Source: Promethearchaeum syntrophicum (GTDB lineage Archaea > Asgardarchaeota > Lokiarchaeia > Sigyniarchaeales > Promethearchaeaceae). From it: a stretch of 32,000 nucleotides of DNA. The stretch's first letter is position 1. Every line of letters starts with the position of its first letter. The stretch covers positions 2,220,001-2,252,000 of the forward strand of contig NZ_CP042905.2 in NCBI RefSeq assembly GCF_008000775.2, in the 5' to 3' direction. Positions 1 through 9,627 of this stretch are shown piece after piece. The notes beneath the pieces were generated by a model, which worked only from the letters and a program-made list of their open reading frames with translations, had not been told where the DNA came from and did not search any database. The translations under genes were made by a program, and so were the position numbers.

Positions 1-97
1 AAAAATAATAAAAAAAATGCTAAAGAAGCCAGCTAACACGATATAATCATTTTCATGTTATTTACATCATACGCAATGGTGATTATATTGAACTATC

Positions 98-2350
98 TTA
101 GTTTAAATCTTGAATATGGGTGTTTTGAATTATAATATTACGACTTTTTTTGAGTTTCTCTAATTCCTTCTCCCATCTTTTTGGATTGTCGGTATCCCAT
201 TCCTTCAAAAGACTTAAAACCTCTTCTTGAAGGCTTAAATGTTGGATTACTGTTTTCTTATTTTCCCACCACTTTCGTAATAAAAATATTGCCTTTCTCG
301 GACCGTTTCCTCCTAATGAATTCAACCATTTACAGAAATGTGGAGCAAAATAGAATAGAATATTATCTTGAAGCAGAGAATCTTCATAAAATTTCGCAAG
401 ATCAATATCTGGAGTGTATTGGTATACCTGTTGATAAGTGATCGAAATTTTCAACAGTATATCTTGTATGTCTCGTTCATCTATCCAATCTTCATCAATA
501 CGCATACGTTTTAAATCTCTCTCTAACCTGGCTATTTGTCGCCATTTTTGCCATTTTTTGGTAAAGGGTGAATCTTTCTTTAAAATTTCTGTTAATTTTC
601 CTGGATAATCGCCTGATTGCTCAGGTTGTTCAGATTGTTCATAGTAATTTCTAAAGGCTATAAAGATTAGTTCCTCATAGTAATCGTAATTCTGGTATTG
701 ATCCGAGAAGATATCATACTCTTTAATTCTTTTTTCAAGTAAATCATATTTCTTCAAATTTAACAGGATTAACAACTCGATTTGTGCTTCAGCTATTGTG
801 AGTTGCTGTTGTTCTTTAAGATTTTCAATAATTTTAAGAACACGATCGTAAAGTCCAACTAGAAATGCGCGTTCCAAGTAAAACACGATATATCCTTTTT
901 TAGATTTCGGTTCATTTTTGACCGTAAAATCAAGAAGATCTTCCCATTCGATGGACTTATTAGCAATTAATTGGCTTGCAATAATATCATATAGAATAAT
1001 TTCTAAAGATTGTGCAATCTTGTGGGTTTCACTTTCGATAATTGAATTTAATTCATTTGCTTTTAAATTCAAGCGTCTGATGAGATTTCTTGTATAAACA
1101 TAACCTATTTTTTTAGATTCGACCAGTTTTAAGAAGACTTCAATTTTAACAGTTAAATCAAATTCTGAAGCAGGACCAATTATTTCCCAAACGGTTTCTT
1201 TTTCAATTTCTGAAGTGCAATTACTTAAATATGTTATAAATTTGGAGAGAGGTTCGTTAATATTCAAATATTCTTTCAATTCCTGCCTTACTTCTCCATT
1301 ATCAATGTAAATAGATTTTAATCGGATATATAACCGGATTTTTTCTTCTAGAATATTTTCCCTTTTCCCAATCTCCTTAACTAAATCTGTGGAAGACTCG
1401 GAATTTGGGCTTTCCTGCAAATATTTGATTATTTCTGTGTTAGTTCGGGATTTTAAATATACTATATGGCTTTTCATGCGTTCTTGTTCTAGTTGCTGTT
1501 TGAGTTGCTCATGCTCTAAAATTCCTTGTTCATACATATTCGATTCTTCTTCGTCTATATTTCCTTCACTATCCATGATTTCTGTATCATTTTCGCCTTG
1601 TTCATCTTCAAATTCATCGAAATCGCCATCAAGATTATTTCCTTCAAAATCAGATTCTGTCTCAGGATCGAAACCTTTGGTCATTCCTCTTATTATCTTT
1701 GTATTAGCTGAGGGTGATTGAAATTGTTGAATTGAGATTTGTTTTAGATTCTCAGGTAAAATCTTCAATTGATGGTCAATCTTTTCTAAAACCCCAGTAA
1801 GCTTAACCATTACATCATTGGTTGAAGGCCCCGATAGGGTAGGAGATATTTCATTAGAAACATTACCAATATTTGATTGAATAATCTCTTGGTTCTTGTT
1901 ACGTGTAACATTCTCTATACTTCTCGCTTCTCCATTATCATTACTTTTTCGTTGAGTATTCACAGATTCTGCTAAATCTTTCACATCTGAAGGAACTGTG
2001 TTGATACCCAGTAGTTTTCGTAAATTTAATCTTCCATTTTCGGTAATGGAGTACGCATAATATTGTTGTTCTTTTGTTTTCTCTTTTATTCGGGCAATCA
2101 GTTTTTGATCTATCAATCTCTTGTAATTTTTATAATAAGTACGCGTGCTCTTTCTTGTTATTCCAGGAAGCATCTCATTTAATCTCTGAATTTCACTGTG
2201 ACGAATAACTCCATATTTTTCTAGAATGAAAAGAATTTTGTCGGCTTGATTTATGCTTGTTAGGAACCTAAAGATTTTTGTCGGTTCAATCGATGAAATT
2301 TCTAGGGGTTTTGAGAGATCTTCCATTACTTTGTAAAGGAAAACGCTCAT
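98..2350 (-). CDS. N-terminal winged-helix-like domain protein with acidic low-complexity linker and long alpha-helical C-terminal region (possible regulator)
   Basis: 750-aa ORF with ATG start. N-terminus (TNINQADKILFILEKYGVIRHSEIQRLN...TYYKNYKRLIDQKLIARIKEK...YYAYSITENGRLNLRKLLG, approximate) has the helix-turn-helix plus wing pattern of archaeal wHTH proteins. It is followed by an acidic segment (DFDEFEDEQGENDTEIMDSEGNIDEEE) and helical sequence. No known family recognised for the C-terminus. Confidence 0.75.
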   Translation of the reverse strand: MSVFLYKVMEDLSKPLEISSIEPTKIFRFLTSINQADKILFILEKYGVIRHSEIQRLNEMLPGITRKSTRTYYKNYKRLIDQKLIARIKEKTKEQQYYAYSITENGRLNLRKLLGINTVPSDVKDLAESVNTQRKSNDNGEARSIENVTRNKNQEIIQSNIGNVSNEISPTLSGPSTNDVMVKLTGVLEKIDHQLKILPENLKQISIQQFQSPSANTKIIRGMTKGFDPETESDFEGNNLDGDFDEFEDEQGENDTEIMDSEGNIDEEESNMYEQGILEHEQLKQQLEQERMKSHIVYLKSRTNTEIIKYLQESPNSESSTDLVKEIGKRENILEEKIRLYIRLKSIYIDNGEVRQELKEYLNINEPLSKFITYLSNCTSEIEKETVWEIIGPASEFDLTVKIEVFLKLVESKKIGYVYTRNLIRRLNLKANELNSIIESETHKIAQSLEIILYDIIASQLIANKSIEWEDLLDFTVKNEPKSKKGYIVFYLERAFLVGLYDRVLKIIENLKEQQQLTIAEAQIELLILLNLKKYDLLEKRIKEYDIFSDQYQNYDYYEELIFIAFRNYYEQSEQPEQSGDYPGKLTEILKKDSPFTKKWQKWRQIARLERDLKRMRIDEDWIDERDIQDILLKISITYQQVYQYTPDIDLAKFYEDSLLQDNILFYFAPHFCKWLNSLGGNGPRKAIFLLRKWWENKKTVIQHLSLQEEVLSLLKEWDTDNPKRWEKELEKLKKSRNIIIQNTHIQDLN

Positions 2351-2360
2351 ATTTAAATCT

Positions 2361-2408
2361 TTTACATTTTTTTACCAATTTTTTACAATATTTTACCAAT
2401 TTTTTACA
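2361..2408 (-). repeat. Two and a third tandem copies of a 21-bp unit (TGTAAAAAATTGGTAAAAtat / TGTAAAAAATTGGTAAAAaaa / TGTAAA) immediately upstream of the winged-helix gene
   Basis: Read directly on the minus strand: catgtaaaaaattggtaaaatattgtaaaaaattggtaaaaaaatgtaaa. Copies 1 and 2 differ at two of 21 positions. Confidence 0.85.
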
Positions 2409-2529
2409 TGTAGAAATTTGTGAAATTTCAGTTTTTTTTATGATTTCTTGAGAATTAATCCTTAACTTCACTCTTTAAGGGCAAGAAAAATTAAAATTTC
2501 CTCACTTTTACAACTATAAAAATACAGAA

Positions 2530-3315
2530 ATGTTTAATTGTGTGTGCGAGATTAATATTATAATTTCGGATTATCATACAGATGATTTAAAAATGGATAA
2601 AGAAGAGCTAACCGAACAAGTTATTTTAATTGAAGATGACAGTTATTCTGATAAAGATCTGTTAACTAATAGAAAAATTTAAGATCATTGTGAGATTTGT
2701 CAGCGAAAAACCTTAAAAAATCATTTTCCACCAGGACAACGTTTTCATTATAATTATATTCACGTCTCTCATTTTGAAAGATTTAGATATAGTAACTCAT
2801 TTGGTAATTATTGTTATATCTGTCATAAATCTATGTGTACAAGATGTAAAGTCGGAATCGTATGCAAAAACTGTATTGAATATCTTCCAAAAACGACAAA
2901 AAATATATTCCTAACATTAAAGAAGATGTGGAATATTATATGGTTAAGTTCATTATTTATAATGATATTTTCCATTATAGCTATATTTTTAAATATTGCA
3001 ACTAATATCCCCACTTTAGGAATTCCAAACATTGTTTATATTCCACTAGCTTACTTTTCTGTTTTATTGGATGTTTTTGGTCATTATTTTATCTTTAAAT
3101 ATTTTAATAATACCATAGAAAAATTTCTCAATGATCTTATAGAAAACCCTCAATATCCTGAAAATCTTGTAAATGAAATCAAAGCTGTCTATAATGATTC
3201 ATATGATCATCCGGAAAATATCTACCATTTGAAGCGTTATTTGCTTTTTGGTTTAATATCTAGCATTTTAGGTATAACATATGTTAGTTGGAGTGATTTT
3301 GTGAACTTTTTGTGA
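2530..3315 (+). pseudogene. Cys-rich (double zinc-ribbon-like) membrane protein interrupted by an in-frame TAA at 2680-2682; the supplied ORF 2833-3315 is only its downstream part
   Basis: ATG at 2530, TAA at 2680 and the ORF starting at 2833 share one frame. Translation after the TAA is DHCEICQRKTLKN...NYCYICHKSMCTRCKVGIVCKNC..., so a CxxC motif series begins upstream of the called start. At least two hydrophobic segments follow. Disrupted gene versus sequencing error is unresolved. Confidence 0.55.
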
Positions 3316-3589
3316 ATTTTAAATATTCCAATCTGAAACCAAATTACTATTGAAATTTTTTTTTATCATTCTAATGAAATTTACGAGCATTTAGGATAAC
3401 TTTTTTGTTTTTAATAGAACCCGGATTAAATGGATTTATAAATTTGTCCTTTTATATACATTCTTTATTCTTAAGTTAAAAAAATCCTTTTATTCTATAA
3501 AAATCAATTAGAATTTATTAATTCATTATTTTAAATTATTCATTTAAAGAAATGTGAATTTTTAAAGAATTTAAAGAGGAAATAATTAA

Positions 3590-6400
3590 ATGGTATTAAC
3601 TACAAAACAAAAGAAATTAGTAAGAACAACTATTTTTCTTGGTATACTACTAATTTCAGGATTTTCGGCTATAAGTAATAGCAAATTAGGAATTGAGAGT
3701 GTTTCTGAACAAAAAAACCACATAAAAAATACTCCAAGTTCTTCAGCTTTTTGGAAAAATACATCGATAATTATTGATGCAACCGCTACAATAAATACAA
3801 CTCATTCAGGAAACTGGACATGGGCTGCTGCACAAGATTGGTGTAAAGGGTTAGGTACCTGGGATCAACCCTATCGAATAGAAAACATGACTTTTGAAGC
3901 AGATTATAATATGAATGGGCTTTTAATTGCAAATTCGAATGAATTTTATTTTGAAATCAACAATTGTACATTCTTAAATGCGACAACTAGCTCTCAATTT
4001 GCAGGATTAAATTTAAACAACGCTGCAAATGGGACAATTACTGAATGCAATATGTCAACTAGCTATTATGGGTTGCTATTGGATGGCGGTTGTGATAATA
4101 TCACAATTACATATAATAATGCTACTGAAAATAATCGCGGTGGAATCCGATTAGGTCAGAATGCGATAAATAATACCATAGCTTTTAATAATGCATCTGA
4201 TAATGATGGCCCTGGAATTTGGCTTTATAGAGCGGATTATAATCATATTTATAATAATACTGTAAATAATAATATCATAGATGGGAGTCAAGGTGCAATA
4301 TATATTTATAGTGCAGATGGCAATTTAGTGTTTAATAATACCGCTTTTGATAATTCTAATGCTCAAATCGGATTAAGAGATGCTGAAAATAATAGAATTT
4401 ATGAGAATAAAATTGGAGGGGGGAATTATGGGATATATACTGTGAGCTTTTCTCATAATACTTCTGTAATTAATAATTCGATATATAATTCGAACACTGG
4501 AATTAATATCAATGGTGGTCATAAAAATAATATTCTTGATAATGATATAAATAATGGGAACATAGGAATTTATTTTTCTTCATCAGATAATAATACAGTG
4601 CAAGATAATAGAGTGATCGATAATATTCAATATGGAATTCAACTATACTCTTCAGATAATTCCAATTTCATCGAAAACACAATAAGTAATAGTGGATCTA
4701 GTTCGTCGTTTAGAATAATCGGTTCGAATAATTTAACTTTATTTGATAATATTATCGATGATAAAGGTTTATTTTTAGATCAGTCTTATCATAATCAAAT
4801 TAATCAAGGAAATACCGTTTCTGGAAAACCTATTTATTATTATGAAGATCAAGATGATTTGGATTTAAATGGGGATATCATTACTAATATCGGACAATTG
4901 TTTTTGATAAATTGTAATCGTGCTCAAATCTCAAATTTTAATATTAGAGATGTTTCAGTTGGAATTTACATCGACACAGGGAATCAACTTTCAATATCAA
5001 ATAATAATGTATCGAATAATTACAATTTTGGACTGAACTTAAAAAATACTAACCAAAGCTCAATTACGGGTAATATTGCATCAAATAACTTATATACAGG
5101 TATGAATCTACTCAATATTGATCATTGTTCAATTACCAGTAATACAGTAAATGATAATAATCGTGGAATATATTGTGAAAATGATGATCCAGATGATTGG
5201 GACGAAGAGGATCCTGATTTATCATTATTGATTGGTGAAAACACATTTTCTGAAAACAATGCAAATAATAATAAACAGCATGGAATGGAAACCCGTTATT
5301 CAAAATTTGATACTATTTCAAACAACATATGTTTTAATAATACTCAAGATGGGATTTATTTAGAATATGTATACAATAGCACAATTTCTAATAATCAAGT
5401 TATAAACAGTTCTCAAGATGGTATAGGGTGCTATTACTCACAAAATAATAATATTTTTGAAAATGAAGTAATTAACACTACTAACGCTGGAATTTATTTA
5501 GAATACGCAAATCATACAAAAATAGTGTATAATATTATTGAATTGAATGGTGAGGGAATTTCGCTCTATGATACCCACCATGTATCAATAGAAAACAATG
5601 AAATTACCTCCAATGTACGAAATGGAATAGATTTTGAAATTGCAAATGATACAAAAATAACGGGTAATATTATCTCTTTAAATAGCCAAACTGGAATTTT
5701 AATTGATACCGATTCCTATGAAAACATCATATTTCGGAATATTTTCATCCAAAATACAGTTCATGCAGAGGATAATGGATTTTCAAACCAATGGTACAAC
5801 CAAAATATAGGAAACTATTGGGATAATTACACTGGGAGTGATTTAGATGATGATGGTATTGGAGACACTAGTCATTCAATACTCGGATCTGCAAACAATT
5901 TCGATTTATACCCAATTTTTGGAATAACGCTCCCATTATTTATCGAAACTCCAATAAATGCATCCTTTACTGTAAATCAAACACAAATATTAAATTGGAC
6001 AGTTCAAGATTATATTATTTGGGGCTCAACCTATACAATTTTTGTAAATGGAACTGAAGTTGGATCTGGGACTTGGGAATCTGATGCACAATTTAGTTTT
6101 GATCTCCAAAGTTTGAATCTTGAGGCAGGTGTTTATAATGTAACCGTTGTTGTTTCTGATGGGATGGAAAATTCTGCAGAAAATTCAATTTTGGTTATAA
6201 TTAATCCTGAAATTGGAGGAGAACCTCAAAAAATTAGTGGATGGTTAATCTTCCTTTTTATTGTGTTGGGATTGTCTGTTATATCGGTTAGTTCAATGCT
6301 TGTTCTCAAAAAAACGAAACCTGAGAAATATGACTTAGTTATGGAAAAATTAAAAGGATTTTTCAGTAATCTTAAGAATATTGGTAAATCTGATACGTAA
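3590..6400 (+). CDS. Secreted, membrane-anchored right-handed parallel beta-helix (NosD-like / PbH1 repeat) surface protein
   Basis: 936-aa ORF, ATG preceded by aaagagga. N-terminal signal/anchor segment (TTIFLGILLISGFSAIS); many N-x-I-x-x-N-x-I rungs (e.g. ISNNNVSNNYNFGLNLKNTNQSSITGNIASNN); KPIYYYEDQDD segment typical of NosD-like beta-helix proteins; Ig-like C-terminal region, then one TM helix (GWLIFLFIVLGLSVISVSSMLVL) and a Lys-rich tail. Confidence 0.9.
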   Translation: MVLTTKQKKLVRTTIFLGILLISGFSAISNSKLGIESVSEQKNHIKNTPSSSAFWKNTSIIIDATATINTTHSGNWTWAAAQDWCKGLGTWDQPYRIENMTFEADYNMNGLLIANSNEFYFEINNCTFLNATTSSQFAGLNLNNAANGTITECNMSTSYYGLLLDGGCDNITITYNNATENNRGGIRLGQNAINNTIAFNNASDNDGPGIWLYRADYNHIYNNTVNNNIIDGSQGAIYIYSADGNLVFNNTAFDNSNAQIGLRDAENNRIYENKIGGGNYGIYTVSFSHNTSVINNSIYNSNTGININGGHKNNILDNDINNGNIGIYFSSSDNNTVQDNRVIDNIQYGIQLYSSDNSNFIENTISNSGSSSSFRIIGSNNLTLFDNIIDDKGLFLDQSYHNQINQGNTVSGKPIYYYEDQDDLDLNGDIITNIGQLFLINCNRAQISNFNIRDVSVGIYIDTGNQLSISNNNVSNNYNFGLNLKNTNQSSITGNIASNNLYTGMNLLNIDHCSITSNTVNDNNRGIYCENDDPDDWDEEDPDLSLLIGENTFSENNANNNKQHGMETRYSKFDTISNNICFNNTQDGIYLEYVYNSTISNNQVINSSQDGIGCYYSQNNNIFENEVINTTNAGIYLEYANHTKIVYNIIELNGEGISLYDTHHVSIENNEITSNVRNGIDFEIANDTKITGNIISLNSQTGILIDTDSYENIIFRNIFIQNTVHAEDNGFSNQWYNQNIGNYWDNYTGSDLDDDGIGDTSHSILGSANNFDLYPIFGITLPLFIETPINASFTVNQTQILNWTVQDYIIWGSTYTIFVNGTEVGSGTWESDAQFSFDLQSLNLEAGVYNVTVVVSDGMENSAENSILVIINPEIGGEPQKISGWLIFLFIVLGLSVISVSSMLVLKKTKPEKYDLVMEKLKGFFSNLKNIGKSDT

Positions 6401-6787
6401 TGATATATATTGATTGTTATTTTTTACTTTTTCTTTCTTTAATCAAATATACCATTGTTCAGAACATTTAAATAACACCAAATTGAATTTCGGCCTATTA
6501 ACATAATTTTATTCAAATAATCATAATAATTAGGAACCCTTTTTAAGGTAGAAATTGGAAATTAAAGGAAAGTTGTAAAAAACATGATTTAAAAAAGAAA
6601 CCTGTTTAAAAGGTAGAAGATAAATTCGAAAAGTTCTACAAACTTGAACTTTTCTAGTTCGTAATAAAAATTTAATCCGTTTATAAGAAAAATCCCCCGT
6701 TTTCAAAATTTTAAAATGGAGTGAATTTCACTTCGAATTAAAATAAAAAATTAAAAATCTTAATAGTGCAAATTCCTAAATTGAAGT

Positions 6788-8896
6788 ATGGGTATGAAAT
6801 TCACATTTCAAAGTAGACCTTTGAAATTACAAATTAAACTCTCATGCATCATTATCGTAATTTTCACCTCAATTATACCTTTTATTTATATCAGTCTTTT
6901 GACTTTATTCTTAAAATTAGACAACGAAAACATAAATAATCCTTTAATAAACGAATATTTAAAGAATTTTTTAATTTTCCAGTTAATTTCTATTCTAATT
7001 ATTGGATTCGGGCTTTATTCGATTATACATTCATCTAATAAAATAGCAAATAACCAAGAAAAAATGAATAAGCAATATAATTCAGATCTAAAAGTAATAA
7101 ACGCAAAATTACAATCTGTTTTTAAAACTTCAAATGAGGGTTTTTGGGAATCAAATAACGAGGATATCACAATAGATGTAAATCCAAAAATGTGCGAAAT
7201 TCTAGGAAGAACAAGGGAAGAGATAATTGGAAGAGATTCACATGAATTGTTGACCCCTGATGGAAAAGATAAAATTTCATTCCAGCATGAAGAATATAGA
7301 AAAAAAGGACTGAGTAGCTCGTATGAATTATCATTTGTAAGTTCAAGTTCGAAAATTGTGAACTGCATTGTAAATGCGGCACCAATTTTTGATGAATTTG
7401 GGGAAAAAATAGGGACATTTGCCATGATGACAGATATAACCTATCTGAAAGAAGCAGAAGAAAAATTGAAAAAACAAATTGAAAAACTTGATTGTTTATT
7501 TGAAATCTCTCGTATTCTTTCAAAACCAAATATCACAATCCCGAAACTGCTACATGATTCGTTACCTTTAATACTTCAAACATCTCAAAATCCAAAAAAA
7601 ACTTTTGTGAGCATTGCATATGATGAATTTGAATATAAATCAGAAAATTTCAAGGAAACTGATCTAAGAATTTCCATTTTGGATCGAATTAATGGAAAAA
7701 AACTAGAGATAATTGTGTATTGTGAAAATGAACATATTATTTCTGAAGAAGAAATAAGCCTAATTAAGGAAATTGAAGAGCGAATAAGAAATGAAATTTT
7801 ACGACGTGAAATCGAACATGACAATTATATATTAGCTAATATTGTAGAAAATTCAAACGATGCAATAATAAGTCTAAATATAGATGGATCTATTATATCA
7901 TGGAATAAAGGAGCTGAAAATGTCTTTGGTTATAAAGAGAAAGAAATCAAAGGAAAGAACTACAGTTTATTAGGTCCAGAAAATTTAACCATTGATCAAA
8001 CATTAATTTTTAATGAAGTCAAAAACAGTGAACACACGAATCATATTGAAACTAAAGGTTTGAGTAAGGAGGGTAATATTCTTGATATTTCAGTAACGAC
8101 TTCATTAATTAAAAACCAAAAAGGAGAAATAACCGGAATTTCTATTATTGCACGTGATTTTACTGAAGTATTCAAAAATCAAAAACTTTATCAAGAGCAA
8201 ATCTTAAAATCTTCACAATTTAAATCAGATTTTATGTCTTCAATGTCTCATGAATTAAGAACTCCATTAAATAGTATAATAGGTTTTTCCGATGTTCTCT
8301 TAGAGAAATATTATGGTGAATTAAATGATCAACAAGAAATATATTTGAATAATGTAAAATCATCTGCAGGACATTTACTAAATCTAATAAATGATATCTT
8401 AGATATTTCCAAAATTGAAGCTGGAAAAGTAGAATTGAATATTCAAAAAATTTCAATACACAAAGTTCTAAAACAAACTGAAATTACACTTAGACCAGAA
8501 TTTGAGAAAAAAAATCTGAAATTTGAAATGGTGGGACTAAATTCCGAGCAAGTAGTCCCCGTAGATTTAATAAGATTTAAGGAAATTCTCTATAATCTTC
8601 TAAGTAACGCAATAAAATATACAAAAAAAGGATCAGTCAAACTTGAGGTTATTGAGGAAGAAGATCTTTGGAAATTTAATGTGATTGATACTGGGATTGG
8701 GATCAAGGAAGAACATTTTGATTTAATTTTTAATGAATTTGAAAGAATCCAATCTGAATATGTTTCTTCAGTAGAAGGGACTGGTCTGGGTTTATCATTA
8801 ACTAAAAGATTAGTCGAACTTCATGGAGGAAATATAAGTTTTACCAGTAAATGGGAAGAGGGATCAATATTTACTTTTACCCTACCTAAAAAATGA
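6788..8896 (+). CDS. Membrane sensor histidine kinase (2 TM, PAS, GAF-like, PAS, HisKA, HATPase_c)
   Basis: 702-aa ORF. Two N-terminal TM segments; PAS motifs (FWESNNEDITIDVNPKMCEILGRTREEIIGRDSHEL, DGSIISWNKGAENVFGYKEKEI); H-box FKSDFMSSMSHELRTPLNSIIGFSDVL; N-box EILYNLLSNAIKYTKKG; G-boxes DTGIGI and GTGLGLSLTKRLVELHGG. Confidence 0.97.
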   Translation: MGMKFTFQSRPLKLQIKLSCIIIVIFTSIIPFIYISLLTLFLKLDNENINNPLINEYLKNFLIFQLISILIIGFGLYSIIHSSNKIANNQEKMNKQYNSDLKVINAKLQSVFKTSNEGFWESNNEDITIDVNPKMCEILGRTREEIIGRDSHELLTPDGKDKISFQHEEYRKKGLSSSYELSFVSSSSKIVNCIVNAAPIFDEFGEKIGTFAMMTDITYLKEAEEKLKKQIEKLDCLFEISRILSKPNITIPKLLHDSLPLILQTSQNPKKTFVSIAYDEFEYKSENFKETDLRISILDRINGKKLEIIVYCENEHIISEEEISLIKEIEERIRNEILRREIEHDNYILANIVENSNDAIISLNIDGSIISWNKGAENVFGYKEKEIKGKNYSLLGPENLTIDQTLIFNEVKNSEHTNHIETKGLSKEGNILDISVTTSLIKNQKGEITGISIIARDFTEVFKNQKLYQEQILKSSQFKSDFMSSMSHELRTPLNSIIGFSDVLLEKYYGELNDQQEIYLNNVKSSAGHLLNLINDILDISKIEAGKVELNIQKISIHKVLKQTEITLRPEFEKKNLKFEMVGLNSEQVVPVDLIRFKEILYNLLSNAIKYTKKGSVKLEVIEEEDLWKFNVIDTGIGIKEEHFDLIFNEFERIQSEYVSSVEGTGLGLSLTKRLVELHGGNISFTSKWEEGSIFTFTLPKK

Positions 8897-9062
8897 AGAG
8901 TAAAATTTATCGCATCTCAATCTCACTCCCATTTTTTGGTCCCAGATGTCTAATTACAACTCTAAAAAATAATCAATGAATTTTTAAATTAACAAATCCC
9001 ATATGAATTTGGTGAGATGCACTCTTTAGCTTTCACTTGCAAACAATAGGAATGAGTTGAAA

Positions 9063-9560
9063 ATGTTTCAAAAAATAAAACCTGAAGAAATAGCCGACAA
9101 TACTTTCCAATTAATAAATAACGATTGGACTTTAATTGCAGCTGGAAATAGTAAGAAATATAATATGATGACCGCTTCATGGGCGGGAATGGGAATTCTT
9201 TGGAATAAACGGGTAGTTTTTATATTTATCCGACCAACACGTTATACTTATGAATTTACCGAAGAATCTGATATTTTTACATTAAATTTCTTTGAAGAGA
9301 AATATCGTTCCGTACTTAATTTGTGTGGATCCAAATCGGGACGAGATATAGATAAGATGAAAGAACCTGGATTAACTCCTCTTGAAGAGAATGGTGCTAT
9401 TTACTTCGAAGAAGCGCGATTAGCGTTAGTGTGTAAAAAAATCTATTTTCAAGATTTAATTCCATCTCAATTTCTGGATTCTCACATTGAGTCTCACTAT
9501 CCAAATCAAGACCACCATCGCATGTATATAGGTGAAATATTATCTGCTTATAGGAAATAA
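9063..9560 (+). CDS. Flavin reductase-like (FMN-binding split-barrel) protein
   Basis: Supplied ORF begins with TTG at 9057; ATG at 9063 is the likelier start. Sequence LIAAGNSKKYNMMTASWAGMGILWNKRVVFIFIRPTRYTYEFTEESDIFTLNFF matches the flavin reductase-like domain pattern. Confidence 0.85.
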   Translation: MFQKIKPEEIADNTFQLINNDWTLIAAGNSKKYNMMTASWAGMGILWNKRVVFIFIRPTRYTYEFTEESDIFTLNFFEEKYRSVLNLCGSKSGRDIDKMKEPGLTPLEENGAIYFEEARLALVCKKIYFQDLIPSQFLDSHIESHYPNQDHHRMYIGEILSAYRK

Positions 9561-9627
9561 CCCCGATTAAAGGAATGTTTGAAAAGAAATCAATGAAATT
9601 GAAAAAAAAGGACTAAAGAAAAAAAGT

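Noticed and set aside
1389-1721. Plus-strand Ser/Phe-rich ORFs (110 and 61 aa) opposite the first gene
   Set aside because: They are the antisense reflection of the acidic low-complexity segment (GAA/GAT codons) of the minus-strand protein, with no independent support.
2823-3032. 69-aa minus-strand ORF
   Set aside because: Antisense to the Cys-rich membrane ORF, whose motifs support the plus strand.
6401-6787. Intergenic region with several similar phrases (ggtagaaattgg / ggtagaagataa, aaagttgtaaaaaac / aaagttctacaaac)
   Set aside because: Similarity is short and imperfect in AT-rich sequence, with no clear unit, palindrome or spacing. Not strong enough for a repeat or ncRNA call.
7015-8456. 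Several minus-strand ORFs of 74-136 aa within the histidine kinase
   Set aside because: They fall entirely inside a well-supported kinase ORF, have no recognisable motif and are low-complexity antisense translations.
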